A DNA stretch of 62,890 nt, counting the filler, from Vannella sp. (lineage: Eukaryota): assembly GCA_023345925.1 (NCBI GenBank). It is 8 parts of 8 records of this genome, joined end to end, with 100 filler letters (N's around TTAATTAATTAA, not from the genome) between each part and the next. Parts side by side here need not be neighbours in the genome. Positions count along the whole stretch, not along the records: positions 23,777 to 35,604 come from JAJQQN010001159.1; positions 35,705 to 43,886 come from JAJQQN010000771.1; positions 43,987 to 53,006 come from JAJQQN010000097.1; 5 more parts are not named here. One strand, 5' to 3'. The notes beneath the pieces are model-generated. The model had not been told where the DNA came from and searched no databases. It saw only the letters and a program-made list of their open reading frames with translations. A program made the position numbers and the translations under genes. Below are positions 34,801-46,900 of the stretch, piece by piece. Position 1 is the stretch's first letter, and each line of letters begins with the position of its first letter.

Positions 34801-35107
34801 ACGGGGACGCGCATATTGGCTCCTTTTGCATTGCCTCCGATTTAATCCTGCAAGCGCATTGACCATTATTCCCGCCTATCTTCGATGCTTTACTTCCTCT
34901 TCTCATCTTGTGCAAGCAGATGCTCTTCGCAACGCACCAGAGTTCTTCTTTTACTCTGAAGGTACATCTCTCGATTCTTTTTAGCTTGTAATGACCCTAA
35001 TCAATTTTCTAGGTCAATCTGGTCTCTTCTTGAGAAGGCTCTTCGAAATGGGTACTGCAGCAGCTCCAATTTTGAGTGCCATTCTCTCCCAAGCCAATCA
35101 ATTGTAG
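28853..35107 (+). CDS. INTS1: Integrator complex subunit 1
   Basis: WPLSFVQCYIEDAFNARVWVDH..C..FVANILT, LCASRAPDFLVDIMERQ, WLLPIV, FLRYLPIMAALLEGRVHL and ALRNAPEF match INTS1 conserved blocks; about 2000 aa; introns near 29763-29812, 29935-29983 and 34962-35012. Confidence 0.9.
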
Positions 35108-35170
35108 CTCATAAAGGCAACCAGCTTCTTCTCAACCGCATCAATTGAGATTCATTGTGATTGGATTCCC

Positions 35171-35604
35171 TCAGAGGCCGTCGATCCAGTTCCTCATGTT
35201 GTCACTCACCTCAAGATAGATTTGGTTAATAGCATCCAGAGCCCAAACTGTTTCATGTTAGGAAAGTGGAAGATATGGAATGGGGTAGAGTGCTTACCAT
35301 AGTCCAAATGGGCATACTTGGGGATCTCTTTCCAAGTCAAGAACTCCATGTTATTGGCCTCCAGAGCACTAACTAATTGTTGAACATTAAAGGGATCAGC
35401 CAATACATCATTCGAGCCACTGTAGAGCATCATCGGAAGTGTCTTTGGGATCTGGACAGGTTCAGCAAGAAACTCCTTCAAGCACGTTGTGGCCTCACCT
35501 TTGTGATGTCATACTGTGGAGGATGAGTTTTCCCGTACTTCTTGAGATTCCCTGTTTTGCCAAAATTCATCATTTGGAAGGACGGGTTCTTCACCATTTG
35601 AGTC
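35171..35604 (-). CDS. Lysosomal acid lipase (LIPA-family alpha/beta hydrolase), C-terminal part
   Basis: GNLKKYG...PPQYD, YSGSNDVLADP, IPKYAHLDY|VWALDA...IY carry the catalytic Asp/His motifs; 5' truncated by the linker. Confidence 0.8.
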
Positions 35605-35704
35605 NNNNNNNNNNNNNNNNNNNNNNNNNNNNNNNNNNNNNNNNNNNNTTAATTAATTAANNNNNNNNNNNNNNNNNNNNNNNNNNNNNNNNNNNNNNNN
35701 NNNN
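35605..35704. other. Artificial contig linker
   Basis: N44-TTAATTAATTAA-N44. Confidence 0.97.
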
Positions 35705-36032
35705 TGTCCAAGCAGAGCTCTTGGCGCTCAATGACCCCGATCTGAATGTTGCCAATGACAAGAAGGTTCTCCTTGAGGTCGTAAGGGCGATGCAGAGAGA
35801 AGTAGGAAGTGGAGTGGGCAGCTTTGGTGGCCATTGGTATCAATGTCCTAACGGCCACATCTACACTATTGGAGAGTGCGGGGGTGCAATGCAAGAGGCC
35901 AAGTGCTTCGAATGTGGAGCCACTATTGGAGGTCGCCAGCACAGGGTCACCACTGGAAACGCCCCAGCAACCTCATTCCTTCGAGATATCGAACTTCCCG
36001 ATCTCATTCCCACCAACCCGCACCATTTGTAA
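35705..36032 (+). CDS. C-terminus with an RZ-type zinc finger (ZNFX1/RNF213-like)
   Basis: GHWYQCPNGHIYTIGECGGAMQEAKCFECGATIGGRQH is the RZ-finger consensus; 5' truncated. Confidence 0.88.
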
Positions 36033-36223
36033 CGCGTTCAGCACCCGGCGCTCCCAGCCCCAGATGCCTCCATCCTGTCACTCGTAAGATCTACTAAACG
36101 CTCTCAAAGCCCAACTGGCATCTAACCGGCCCTCCTCTTGGGGGACTTCGTGCCAAAGAGGGAAGGATTGGGTCCTATTCTCGTGGGCTTCGCGCCGTTG
36201 GCCTTTAATGGTGTCAGAGGGTC

Positions 36224-37151
36224 TCACGCAGTGACTTTGAAGACGTTGTCGATGGGGTCAACCTCGATGCGAAGGTTCTTTTGAGTGGCAGCGTGTTTGC
36301 GCTGCTGCTTCTTCTTTACCGTGTACGCGCGGCCTTGTTCTGCCTTCTGTTGTGCGCGAACCGTGTTGGGAGACACGTAGCTCTCGTTCAGATAGAGCGT
36401 TTCGCCTTGGAAGGAGCCGGCGAAGATGCGAATGGGGTCGAGGACGAAGCGGGGGCCGATCTCGTTGAGCTCGATCTCTCCCTTGACTGTCTCTCCATCC
36501 CAAAGGATCTGGTAGTTGCGGAACCAGATGCGGTTGTCCAGGTAAGAGAAGGAGAAGGCGTGATCAATGAAAGGCTTGCTCTTTGCGTGTCTGTTTGGCG
36601 TGGTAAAGGCCTACAAGCTGATCAGAAGAACATCCAAATAGATCAGGTGTGCCCTTACTTGCGTGAACATCTCCTTGAGCAGCTTGAGATGAGGCTGAGT
36701 GTCGAAAGGTTGATCAAAGATCAACAAAGGACGGCTCCCCTTCAGGGCATTCCCTAGCATCTTCAGCTCATCCATTGTATGAACTAGATCACATCAACTC
36801 CGTTAGTACAAGCCTCTCCCCTCGAAAGGAGGACGAACCATTCACAACCAGGAACTTGACAGAAGGTCCATTGGGCGTCTTGGACAACCAGAGATAGAGA
36901 TCCTTACGCTTTCGAACCTCTAAGAAGAGGGCACTGTTGCAGCTCTTCATCTCGCAGATCTCATTGAGGATGGGGAGCGTATCCTTCGAGTCAAGCTTAA
37001 CATCCTTCCTATGATGCGGCAAGAGCTCTCTCATATCGTTCATTAGATGGCGATAGCGTGAAGTACACCCTCGCGAACAAGAAACGAGGATCTTTTGCTT
37101 GTTTCGGTAGAAAGGCAACGCCGGAGCCAGGTCTGCCTGTCCTCGACCCAT
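36224..37151 (-). CDS. BRX1: Ribosome biogenesis protein BRX1/BRIX1
   Basis: NKQKILVSCSRG...RHLMNDMRELLPH, LNEICEMKSCN, DLYLWLSKTPNGPSVKF, later HTMDELKMLGNALKGSRP, EIGPRF. Start uncertain. Confidence 0.92.
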
Positions 37152-37303
37152 CGACTCAGAGAAATGACTATTTCCTTGCTCCTTCCCTTCCCGAACCCGC
37201 TCCCACAACACTTGTTTGTCCTTTGGAAGGCCCTAGAGTGAGTTACGGCCCTTCAAAGCGGCGGAGAACGATCAAAGAGAGGGAGAAGAGGACTTCGTCT
37301 TCA

Positions 37304-38401
37304 TTAGGTGAGGAGATGCCTCCTGCGAGGGTTTAGGTATCCTCGTAAGTACCACAGGAAGGGGATGAGCAAGAGCATCATCCCAACGAAGGGCAGGATG
37401 AAGACCCACCAAGCTAATTGGACGTGGCGCTGCTGGTGCATGAGAGTGTCCTTCCAGGGAGCGTGAATCATGAAGGGTCTGTTGAAGAAGTGCAGCTCCT
37501 TCATAAGAGAAGGCGAAGGGACGCCTCCTACCAACGCTGTTCCTGCTTGAGGGCCAAGATCTTCCTTGAAGTCCACAGGACGGTGGCTAAACGCGTTTGT
37601 AACGTACTCTCCACACCTTCGTGCAAGCTTCACAGTCAGGTCTGCCTGCAGAAGTGGAGGAGCTCCTTGCAGTTCCAACTTTGCCGCCGCTAGACTTACA
37701 CACGCCGCCAACTGGTGGCTCAGGACGTATCCAAGCTCATCTGGGATAGGATAGTCATCTCTTGTTTGTGCTGAGCTCGACGAAGCTTGGGCCGAGCCTT
37801 GGACAGCAGAACTAGCAGGAAAGACACCAGAGAGTGACTTTGCATCGGCTGTGACGCGGTCTAAGTGGATGAAGAGTCTCTCAAAGAGTATGAATGTGCT
37901 ATCCTCTGTCTTCATATGCCAGGGGGTGTTCAGGAAGAGACTTGTTGAGAGTTGGAAGAAGCCTTGGACGAGAACAGGCAAGGTACTCACTGTATCCGTA
38001 TGCACATACGGTACATTGATGAATACGATATCGTTACATGCTCTAGCTTCCTCCAATAGAGCGTCATCCCTCGGTGCACCAAGAAGGAACCAAACAGCGA
38101 TCTTCTTGTGATCAGGACGGGACTTGGCCCAAGTGTCTCGGATGGCATCTCTCATGTCTCTCCGAGACGCCTCTGAGACAACCCCAACCACAATCAAAGG
38201 CCTAAAGTTGGGATGGAAGCGAGGAATCGACGCTGAGATGATCGTCGCTTGGAAGCGGATCGCTTCGTTCCACAAAGTGGGCAGAGAGTAGTTGCCTTGG
38301 TCACTTAGAATAGTTCTGTCCCACTGCAGCTCCTCTGAAGAGGACCCCCAAACCATAAACAAGACCCCAACGAAGCTGAGAGCCCCACAAGCCTTCATCA
38401 T
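37304..38401 (-). CDS. GT31-family (beta-1,3-galactosyltransferase-like) glycosyltransferase
   Basis: N-terminal TM, RRDMRDAIRDTWA, FLLG, EEARACNDIV, MKTEDSTFI, GYVLS; extra C-terminal TM. Confidence 0.7.
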   Translation of the reverse strand: MMKACGALSFVGVLFMVWGSSSEELQWDRTILSDQGNYSLPTLWNEAIRFQATIISASIPRFHPNFRPLIVVGVVSEASRRDMRDAIRDTWAKSRPDHKKIAVWFLLGAPRDDALLEEARACNDIVFINVPYVHTDTVSTLPVLVQGFFQLSTSLFLNTPWHMKTEDSTFILFERLFIHLDRVTADAKSLSGVFPASSAVQGSAQASSSSAQTRDDYPIPDELGYVLSHQLAACVSLAAAKLELQGAPPLLQADLTVKLARRCGEYVTNAFSHRPVDFKEDLGPQAGTALVGGVPSPSLMKELHFFNRPFMIHAPWKDTLMHQQRHVQLAWWVFILPFVGMMLLLIPFLWYLRGYLNPRRRHLLT

Positions 38402-38591
38402 CGAACGAGCGCCCAACTGTGCGCCGAGAAAGGCCGAGAAGGTTTGGGAAGGTCGAGGAAGGTGATCGCGTCGCCCGATCTGGAAAACTCAAAATGAAGA
38501 GTCCTTGCTTCTGATCATGGGCAAAGGGAATGGAATAATATAATATAATCTCTTTGGTGGCAAACATGCATTTTGTTCCTCGTGTTTGGGA

Positions 38592-39794
38592 ATGGCGGGG
38601 CGCGCTGGTTCGCTTTTGGCTCGGATGGCGCCCTGTTTGGTGGCTCAAAGGATGTATGGAGGAGGTGTTGGAAAGGGAGGAAGATGGAAGGGAACAGGGC
38701 CCAGGCAGAGGTCCTCCAAGACTTCAGATAGCTTCTCCTTGAGATCGCCAGGCTCTTTGGGACATCAAGGAGAGGCATCAAGAGCAGTCAACACTCCAAA
38801 CATTGGTGACTTGCCTCTGGCTTCTCAAGTTGCCCGGCTCATTGGAGAGGAGCGCTTCCCTGAAGCGGAACTACTCTACGAAAGGATTTCGGAGGAGCTC
38901 TCGCCATCTGCACAGGTTGCTCTCTACGAGTTCTGGCTGGAAACGATTCACTCTCTCCCTCACCGTCCTACAACCCTTCACACACTCCTCGATCAAGCTG
39001 CGTTCGGTAAGGACGACTGTTTCCGAGCTGCCGCTCTTCGCCAAAAGCTCCTTTGCGCCACAGACTTCTACCAGACCGTTCAATACTCCGACCTCCTTCC
39101 TCTCCATACCACTCACGATCAGCAAACACTAGCCTGGCTTGTCAACCTCTGTCTCCCACCAAACATTGACCAAAGCCAAGCGATGACCAAACACCTCCAA
39201 GTGGCAGGTGTTCTCAACACCAACCAATCGCATCTCATCCTACTCCATTTGGCTCACCAGCAGGGCGAACAGGCACTCAGAGAGGAGTACCGCAGGCTGC
39301 GGCAAAGCGGGGCATTCCCTGATGCTGCTTTGTATAACTACATTATTGGCGCCACACTGACGCCAGGTAGCTCTTCACTGGCGTGGGGGGCTTACAATGA
39401 GATGGAGCTGGAGGGGTTGGTGCCATCGGCACCGGCATTGATGGATCTTCTTGAAGACACTTGTGCCCAGGGGCGGACGGACCGCGCTGTGAGACTCTAC
39501 GAAGAGCTGCAGAAACAGAACGTTACTTTGAGGAAAGAGGTTTCCCAGGCACTTGTCGGCGCCCTCTTGCGAGAGGGCCGTTATGATTTGGCGGCGCAGT
39601 TACTTTCGGTTTACTTCCCTCAACCGACTGTGGAGGTGTTCAACCAACTGATCCAACATTGCTGTGAGACTCTCCAAATTGAGAAGGCTCTTCAACTCTT
39701 TGACGTGATTCAAGAACGCAAAATTCTTCCCAACGCTCAAACTCTGGATTGTCTTCTTGTGGCTTGCCAAAGAGCCCGACAGCCGCCCACATAA
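38592..39794 (+). CDS. Pentatricopeptide-repeat (PPR) protein, probably mitochondrial
   Basis: PDAALYNYIIGA...AYNEMELEGLVPS, PTVEVFNQLIQHCC...ALQLFDVIQERKILPNAQT; Arg/Ser-rich N-terminus. Confidence 0.8.
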   Translation: MAGRAGSLLARMAPCLVAQRMYGGGVGKGGRWKGTGPRQRSSKTSDSFSLRSPGSLGHQGEASRAVNTPNIGDLPLASQVARLIGEERFPEAELLYERISEELSPSAQVALYEFWLETIHSLPHRPTTLHTLLDQAAFGKDDCFRAAALRQKLLCATDFYQTVQYSDLLPLHTTHDQQTLAWLVNLCLPPNIDQSQAMTKHLQVAGVLNTNQSHLILLHLAHQQGEQALREEYRRLRQSGAFPDAALYNYIIGATLTPGSSSLAWGAYNEMELEGLVPSAPALMDLLEDTCAQGRTDRAVRLYEELQKQNVTLRKEVSQALVGALLREGRYDLAAQLLSVYFPQPTVEVFNQLIQHCCETLQIEKALQLFDVIQERKILPNAQTLDCLLVACQRARQPPT

Positions 39795-40076
39795 ACAACT
39801 GAGAAAGATCACCTTGACTAATGAAGAGCCAGTAGCTGTAGACCTCTTGCAATCCTAGTGACTAAGGGACAGTGTTTTCTGTTGAATTGCCGCATTCTCC
39901 CAACAAAGGACTTCTCTGTAAATAGGGCTCTCTTGGCTTAGAAACGATTCATATGTTAAGCGGTAGTGCTCCTTGAAAGCCTGATCGAACGAAGCAATCT
40001 TTCAATTCACTATCTGGTCTCACTTTCTCACTTTCTGACTTTGAGTTTCTGTGACTGAATCCCGACTTGGTGGGGT

Positions 40077-41040
40077 TCACGTTTGCGGGAGATCATACGT
40101 GAAGAATGCACCTAGTTGAATGGACTCGCCGTTGTAGTCACCGTGCAGGTTCCAGTCCAAGGAGCCCTTTGACCCTTCGACCATGAAGGCGATTTGGCGA
40201 GTAGAGAGGAATCTAGCACTCAATGACAAGGGTAGGTGGCGTGGCTTTGCGTTGAACATAACGCAGGCTGCTGATTGGCCAGAAGAACAGCTGCCAAGCA
40301 AGCGGACACCAGCCAGAGTGACTACTTTGCCAATCTCCATTCGCCTGAGCCACGAGATCAGGTAGCTCTGTCCCAATGTATTCCACTGAAGAATACCGAT
40401 CTTCTGTCGGTCAGAGGAGTGCCAGCGGTACCCCAACGTGTAAGAGAGATCGCCCGAAGTATCCATGTCGGGATGATTCGATGACGTAGCCTCGTGAGGC
40501 TCAACTTGCATGGTCATTGATCCACCAATGTGATGAGATCCTCTTCGATCAAGCCTCCGTAGCACATCAACCTCCAGCTTCTCATCTGGACTCATCACCA
40601 AGCCCCAGACGGTTTGCGATCGTTGATAGCGCACTCGGTACTGCATCTAGGGGACATTAGAGGTAGCCAAAGTGATACTAAGTACTCACATTGCTCTTGA
40701 GATACCCAATGGTCGAGCTGCTGTCCAGCAGGAAGCAAAGGGATGGACTCCATCGATGAAGGAGTCGCACGTACATATGGTACGTGGGAAGGCTTACTCT
40801 GGCAGTCAATGAGGTGCTCCTTTGCTCTGTAGATGAGGAAAGAGTCTCATCACGGTACAGCACACAGTTAAGGGGCCGTTGGGGATTGGATTGGGAGTTT
40901 ACCGCCTCGTTGACACTATCAAGACCCAGGGGAAGATGAGGTACCACCCTAAACGTGTTGCGGAACCACCACAAAGCGCCCAAATCCCCATAATCCCTCA
41001 AAGCCGGTACATCTTCGAAGCAGGGCTCTTCCATAAAGAG
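40077..41040 (-). CDS. Mdm10/Tom40-like mitochondrial outer-membrane beta-barrel
   Basis: Alternating beta-strand pattern; C-terminal LSARFLSTRQIAFMVEG...QLGAFFTY resembles the Mdm10 C-terminus and beta-signal; one intron near 40647-40688. Confidence 0.5.
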
Positions 41041-41100
41041 GAGGGACAATGAATCGAAGAGAGAAGGTCATAAGATCACCACACGCTGTTTATACAACTC

Positions 41101-42151
41101 CTACACCCTCCTACTGCGCCAGGAGTTGAAATCTGCGAAGTCTGTCTCGTCCTCGCTTTCTTCCTCCGCCGTTGAAGGCGGTGCAGGGGCTTTGCGTGGG
41201 AGTGGAGAGACTGAAAGCTGGCCACTTGTGATCTGTTGAAGATGAAGGAGTTGAGCGGCTTGCTTCCTCCTCTCCTCGGCAACCTTGTATTGGATCTCTT
41301 CAATGTCGAGATCAGGCTCTCCTCCTACGGACTCTAGGTGAATCATCTCCTCCTGCTCAACCTCTGTCTTGAATTGACGCAGTTCTTGGCTGCTCTGATG
41401 TTAACAGCGACCTTGAACAGACGAAGGTAGACCTTACTTCAGCTGAGCGTCTTCTGCCACCGTTCCTTCATCAAAGAAGAACCTTGGGAGTTCACCATGT
41501 GTCATTAGCTCTTCAGTATCAGCTTTCTTCACTGGAAAGGGGCTTTCTGATTGCGAAAGCAGAGCGTCCTCTTGCTCGAGCCTCTCAAACAGTTCTCGTT
41601 GCGACAGCTCCGGTCCAACAGAAGCATCCTCTGTGTCTTCAACCTCCTGATGGAAGAGTGTGTCTCCTGCAGCTTCCTCTTCAGGATGTTCCGTTGCTGG
41701 TTGCGCGCCGTGGTCAAAGAAATCAGAAGGAAGACCTGCTGGGGCAGGAGGCTCTGCTGGGGAAGGGAGATCTGCTGGGGCTACCACAACTGTTGGTATA
41801 TCACTATCCTCCGCTGCTGCCGTTCCCTTGCGGAGGAGTTGTGCTTGCTTTAGCTTTTGGAGCCGAAGGAGGTGCTGCCTTGTCTTGGAGTGCAGAAGGA
41901 AAGCGTTCTGGTTCTTAAGGGGCTCCTTACAGAGCTTGCATAAGAAGCCACCATCTTCCAGATGCGTGAATCAGTGTTAAGGAAGAGGAAGAGTGAAACA
42001 AGTGGATCGCAACGAATGAAAGGATATTGTAGTAAGGGAGATACCTGACTCTTCTCCTTCTCAGCACGTAGGAGTTGCCTGAGTTCCTGCTTTCGCTGTT
42101 GCACAGTCAGTCCTGTCCGTCGTACGGGAGGAGGAACCGCGCCTGAAACAT
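41101..42151 (-). CDS. ZNF830/CCDC16-like spliceosome-associated zinc finger protein
   Basis: ELRQLLRAEK, a C..C...H...H finger, LPSDFFD and LPRFFFD motifs, acidic C-terminus ending WRSRRV. Start uncertain. Confidence 0.65.
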
Positions 42152-42293
42152 TGTCCGAATAAAGTGAAAGGTCTTTAAAAGGAAATTTTATTGTGCCTCC
42201 CAGCCCAAAACTAGATTCTCGAGAACTTGTTGCATAATGTTCCATGAAATTGTTGACGTTCAAAGAAAAAATTGCGTGAACGCCTGCAAGCCG

Positions 42294-42735
42294 ATGCGCA
42301 GGCGTACGAGCGGTCGTTTGTCCATTCCATTCTAACCCCCCATGAGAGCACTGAATCAGAACAACGCCTGCCATTCAACAAACAGCATCTATTGGAAGAA
42401 GGTGAGTAACAGCGAGACGCCTTCAAGTTGATGTCTAACAGCCACCTCTTCCGCGCTCCAGGTTCTTGTTTTACGCCAAATGTACGCCGCTTTCCTTCGA
42501 AGCCTCATCACCCACATTGAGGCATCATCAACAAACGCCGCAGGGCGAGAGCTTGCGCGACGAGCACGAGTAATTGTGAGCCGCCCCCTTCCCTCGTCGT
42601 TCTCTTCCTTACTCGTCACTGCAGCATATTCTCTTGTCATCCACTCCAGCCACTCATAGGTTCCAATGCCGTGTCGAGCTCCTTACTGCTGCTGAAAAGC
42701 AGATCCGGTCTTGGATGGTCCAATTCCAACTCTGA
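42294..42735 (+). CDS. Small hypothetical spliced protein
   Basis: Canonical introns (GTGAGT..CTAACAG near 42402-42440; GTGAGC..CTGCAG) join an open helical-looking frame ending ...WMVQFQL*. Confidence 0.3.
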
Positions 42736-42855
42736 GTCTCCTCTTCCTCCTGTATTGTAGCACCCCAGATCAACCGATCGGATCTGATGGTTAATTTTAA
42801 TCCACGAATTGTTTTCCCATTGGGACCAGTTTATTGGGTCTCTGGTTAAAGGTTG

Positions 42856-43886
42856 ATGGCTCTTCGTTCGGGTTCTGTCCAAGAGGAGGACGGACTTTCT
42901 CAGGATGAAAGATTAAGCCTGAAGTCGATGCCTGTGGGAGGTACCGACGAGGAGTTGGTGGCGCCTCATGACAAAGTAGGGCTTCACTTGGAGCCCAGGA
43001 ACGATCTCATGGCGGTGTGTAGGGTTACCTTGTCCTCTTTACATGCTGCATGTTGGGAGTCTCTGTACTTCTTCCATGGAACGTTTTGATAACTGCAAAC
43101 AACTTCTGGACGGAGACCTTTGGGGAGGGCTCTAGCTACGTGTTCTATCTCTCGGCGGTTTACAATTGGCCACAATGGATCACTTTGCTTCTCCTTACAC
43201 GCTTTGGACCACTCTTTAGCTTCAGTTCACGTATCATCATCACTCTCTTGATCTTCTCTTTGGCTTTGCTCTTCATTCCGTGGATTTGCGTCTCCAATGT
43301 GGAATTGAGTGTCAAAACGTCCCTCTCTTTGGGTGCTGCATTCGTCTGTGGTTCGTTATTTACCTCTTTCATACGTTCGTAGAGTTTGACAAGGACTAGG
43401 AACCGCTTCTTCAATCCAACTGGGGACAATCATCGGTTTGGCCTCGGTTTTCCCGTCCAAATACGTCACTGCGGCAATGAGTGGAATGGGCATTGGTGGT
43501 GTACTTATCGGAGTCTCAGCCATGATTAGCTTTTTGATCTTCGGGGACTCTGAGAGTGGTAAGAGGTAAAGAGAGAGTTATTGACTTACATGTTGATAGG
43601 CGCACAGACGGAGGCTTGGACTTACTTTGGTATGGCTGTTGGAATCTGTGTGGTGACATTGGTATTGTTCATATTTATGATGAGAACCCAATTTGCCAAG
43701 TTCCATATTGCCCACTACGAGGAAGAGACGGTGAGCCGTCCAAACCTGAGACACTATATTAACTCTCTTTTGGAAGCGCTTGCAGAAGCTTACAGAGTCA
43801 AAGGGTGGAAGGAGTCTGTCTTATTACTGGGCCATTCTGAAGAAGATCTGGGTGGACGCGGGTAGCGTTTGGTTTACTTTCTTTGT
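42856..43886 (+). CDS. Equilibrative nucleoside transporter (SLC29/ENT), 3'-truncated
   Basis: LGVSVLLPWNVLITANNFW, FSFSSRIII, QLGTIIGLASVFPSKYVTAAMSGMGIGG. Confidence 0.88.
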
Positions 43887-43986
43887 NNNNNNNNNNNNNN
43901 NNNNNNNNNNNNNNNNNNNNNNNNNNNNNNTTAATTAATTAANNNNNNNNNNNNNNNNNNNNNNNNNNNNNNNNNNNNNNNNNNNN
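43887..43986. other. Artificial contig linker
   Basis: N44-TTAATTAATTAA-N44. Confidence 0.97.
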
Positions 43987-46900
43987 CTCAGGAAGACAAC
44001 CAAACTGAATCAACGAACAAAGGGGGGAAAGACTGCTCTCCAACTAGCACAAGAAAGCCATCCCGCTGCTGTACCTCTGATCGAGACTGTCCTTGCGGAA
44101 CAAGTTCCTTGGAGGGAGGTCAAAGCGGAGGGCAAATGGCCTATTCCTCGGTGTAACCACTCATCATCGGTGTATAACAGTCGTTGGTACATCTACGGTG
44201 GAGAGAACGACTTCAGTAGTGGAGGAAGAGTGAATAACGACCTCCACTTCTTCAATAGTAGCACCAGCGAGTGGCGAATCCTCGCTCCTCAAGGAGATAT
44301 CAAACCACCACCACTCTCAAAGCACTCTTCTCTAATCTATGGCACCAGCCTCTACCTATTTGGAGGGACAGACGGAGAGAAAGTCTTTAACGATATTTGG
44401 GTGCTGGATCTTGGTACATAACCTCCCACTTGGCTGTCTTACCCACCGCTAACCGCTTTGCAGAAAAGATGATTTGGTCACACGAGACTGTCAGCGGTCC
44501 TTATCTTATTCGGCCTCGATTTGGTCATTCGATGAGCAAAGTCTCCGAAAGTGAGTTTGTTGTATTTGGAGGAAGCAGCGGGAAGGACTATTTCAATGAT
44601 GTCCACGTATTTAACATCTGTGAGTGGTTTGTCTGCTCTTTGGGGATTACTAACTTTGGCCGCCAAGCAACTCGTGTGTGGCAAAGGATTGATTTTCCTG
44701 CTGGTGCGCCTCCTCCGAAACGGAATCTTCACTCGGCAACATTCTGTGATGGAAATCTTTATGTTTTTGGCGGTAATCGAGATGGGGCTGTGTTCAACGA
44801 CATGCATTTGCTCGTTCTTGGTGAGTTTCCCTGATTTACGAAAAATTCCTTACGTTATTTTAGAGAGCCGTAGTTGGTTTGAGCTTGAAGTCGTTGGCTC
44901 TATTCCATTGGCAAGAAGCGGACACTCAGCCCTCCTTATCAACAAAGCTGTCATCTTGGTTTATGGAGGGTTGGACTGCGACGGAGAGCTTTTGTATGAT
45001 GTTCGCTCCTTTGACATGAGTAAGATAAGCGAAAGTCTTTGCGTTCTTATGACTTACTGCTTTCAAAGGGAGCCACACGTGGGTTAAATACCAAAACTCT
45101 TCTTCCAAGAGCTTGAAAGCTCTGTACCGGGCTGGCCATTCCATGGAGATTGTGGGCTCAGGAATTTATGTTTACGGAGGAAACAGCATGTTTCAATTAC
45201 ACGAGCTATTGCCTCGTAAGCACGCCCACTTGCTTAAATGACCACTTATCCTCTTTCTTTCAGACATTCTCGACGCCCAAGCGCTTCCAATCCCAAACCA
45301 GGTTGAACAAGAGAAGAAAAAAGCTCCTCCGAAACCTCCCATCCCCGAGAAACCAGCTCTGTCTTCGAATCCAAGTGAATGTTTATTGAATGTGCTCCCT
45401 GTGGAGAAAGATCATGTTCGGAAATTGCAAGAGTTTGCAGAGGAAGTGCTCAGACTTGTGAAAGTTATGGACCCTGCCCTTCCACAGCAACATCCTCTCC
45501 TACTCAAGTGCTCTGAAATGGAGACTTACTTGGCAGTTCCTGCCAAACCTCTCATTCCCGAAAAGCCAGTTTCCCAACAGCCAGTTCCTGCGGAAGAGAC
45601 TCCTAAACAGCCACCAAAGCCCAAATCAAGTCGCTCCGTCAGGAAGAGGCCTTCTGTTCTCCAAGTTAATCTTCCTTCGGTGGTCCTGGAGGAGCTTTCT
45701 ACTCAACTGAGTCCTGGGGTCGTCCGAGGTAATCGCCGGGGCTTTCCAAGAGGATCTGCGAGAGGTGCTAGTGGTTCCACTCAGCCACAACGAGCCACCA
45801 CACACAATCAGATTCCTATTCCTCGAGATTCCAATGCGCAAGCCCCTTCTGGCACTCCGATTGCAGTTCGAGTTCGCCGTGGGTCTGCTCGAGCACCCAC
45901 CCAAGCTCCTTCATCAGGAGCTAGAAGTCCTATTATTCCAACCAAAACTGCCCTACCTTCCTCGAAACCTCCAATGCCGCATTTCAAAGCAAGATCAGAG
46001 TTGGTTGCTCCAGATTCTCCTCCGATACCAGCGAAACCTCGGTCAGAAACCATTGGAAGTCATGTCCCTAGGGAGCCTTCTGAGTGAGGAGACCCTCATT
46101 TGCTTTCCAGTGATTTTTCTAACGAGCCAGCAGCCATATTTTATTGAAGGCCTCCTCACAAGGAGACCAAGCTCTTCCTTCTCTTGTATTAGCTCCGGAT
46201 TCAAATGATATCGCCCTTACTTCTGAGGTGAACACCCCTTCAATCCGTTTGATGACACCAAAACTCACTTCAGTAGGTGCTGGTGGCCGCAGAGGAAGTC
46301 CACAAGGTCTCTCACACCCAGCCCACCTTATACACTTTGCCACCTCCCCCCGCAAACCCTTCCCATCACTACCAGGAAATTGTTGCTAGGATCCCTCTTC
46401 GCACTAAGGCATGCTCTTTCCAATCGACCCAAAGCCCCAGCTTACTCTTATTCTTTAGCTGGTCGTTGCAGAATTCAAAGATAAGAAGGAGAAGATGCTT
46501 TACGAGATTGTCAACGAATTGGTCTCCACAGAAGAGTCGTATCTTCGCGATTTAGCAGTTCTTATTGGGGTTTGCGTTGTCCTACTCTTCTATCTCCAAA
46601 CTGACTTGTCAAAAGATCTTTAAGCAGCCATTGGAACAAGAATATGAAGGATGCATTCCTCAGCATTACATAGATCTCCTATTCAGTAATGCAGAGTCCC
46701 TTCTGGAGCTTAATATTGCACTCTTCAAGGAGTTGCTTTGTGCAGAAAGATTGGAGCAGAGTGTTGGTCTGAGCTTCATGAAAGTGATCAACCTATTCCA
46801 ACAGTACAGCACCTATTGTACTAACCAACGCACTTCCATTGAAACCATCCAAAAGCTTGAGAAGCAAAACAAAAACTTCTCCGACTTCCTTTTAGTAAGA

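Noticed and set aside
35098..35107. Tail-to-tail coding overlap between the lipase and INTS1
   Set aside because: It needs an unusually long last intron; the unspliced lipase ends plausibly at 35171.
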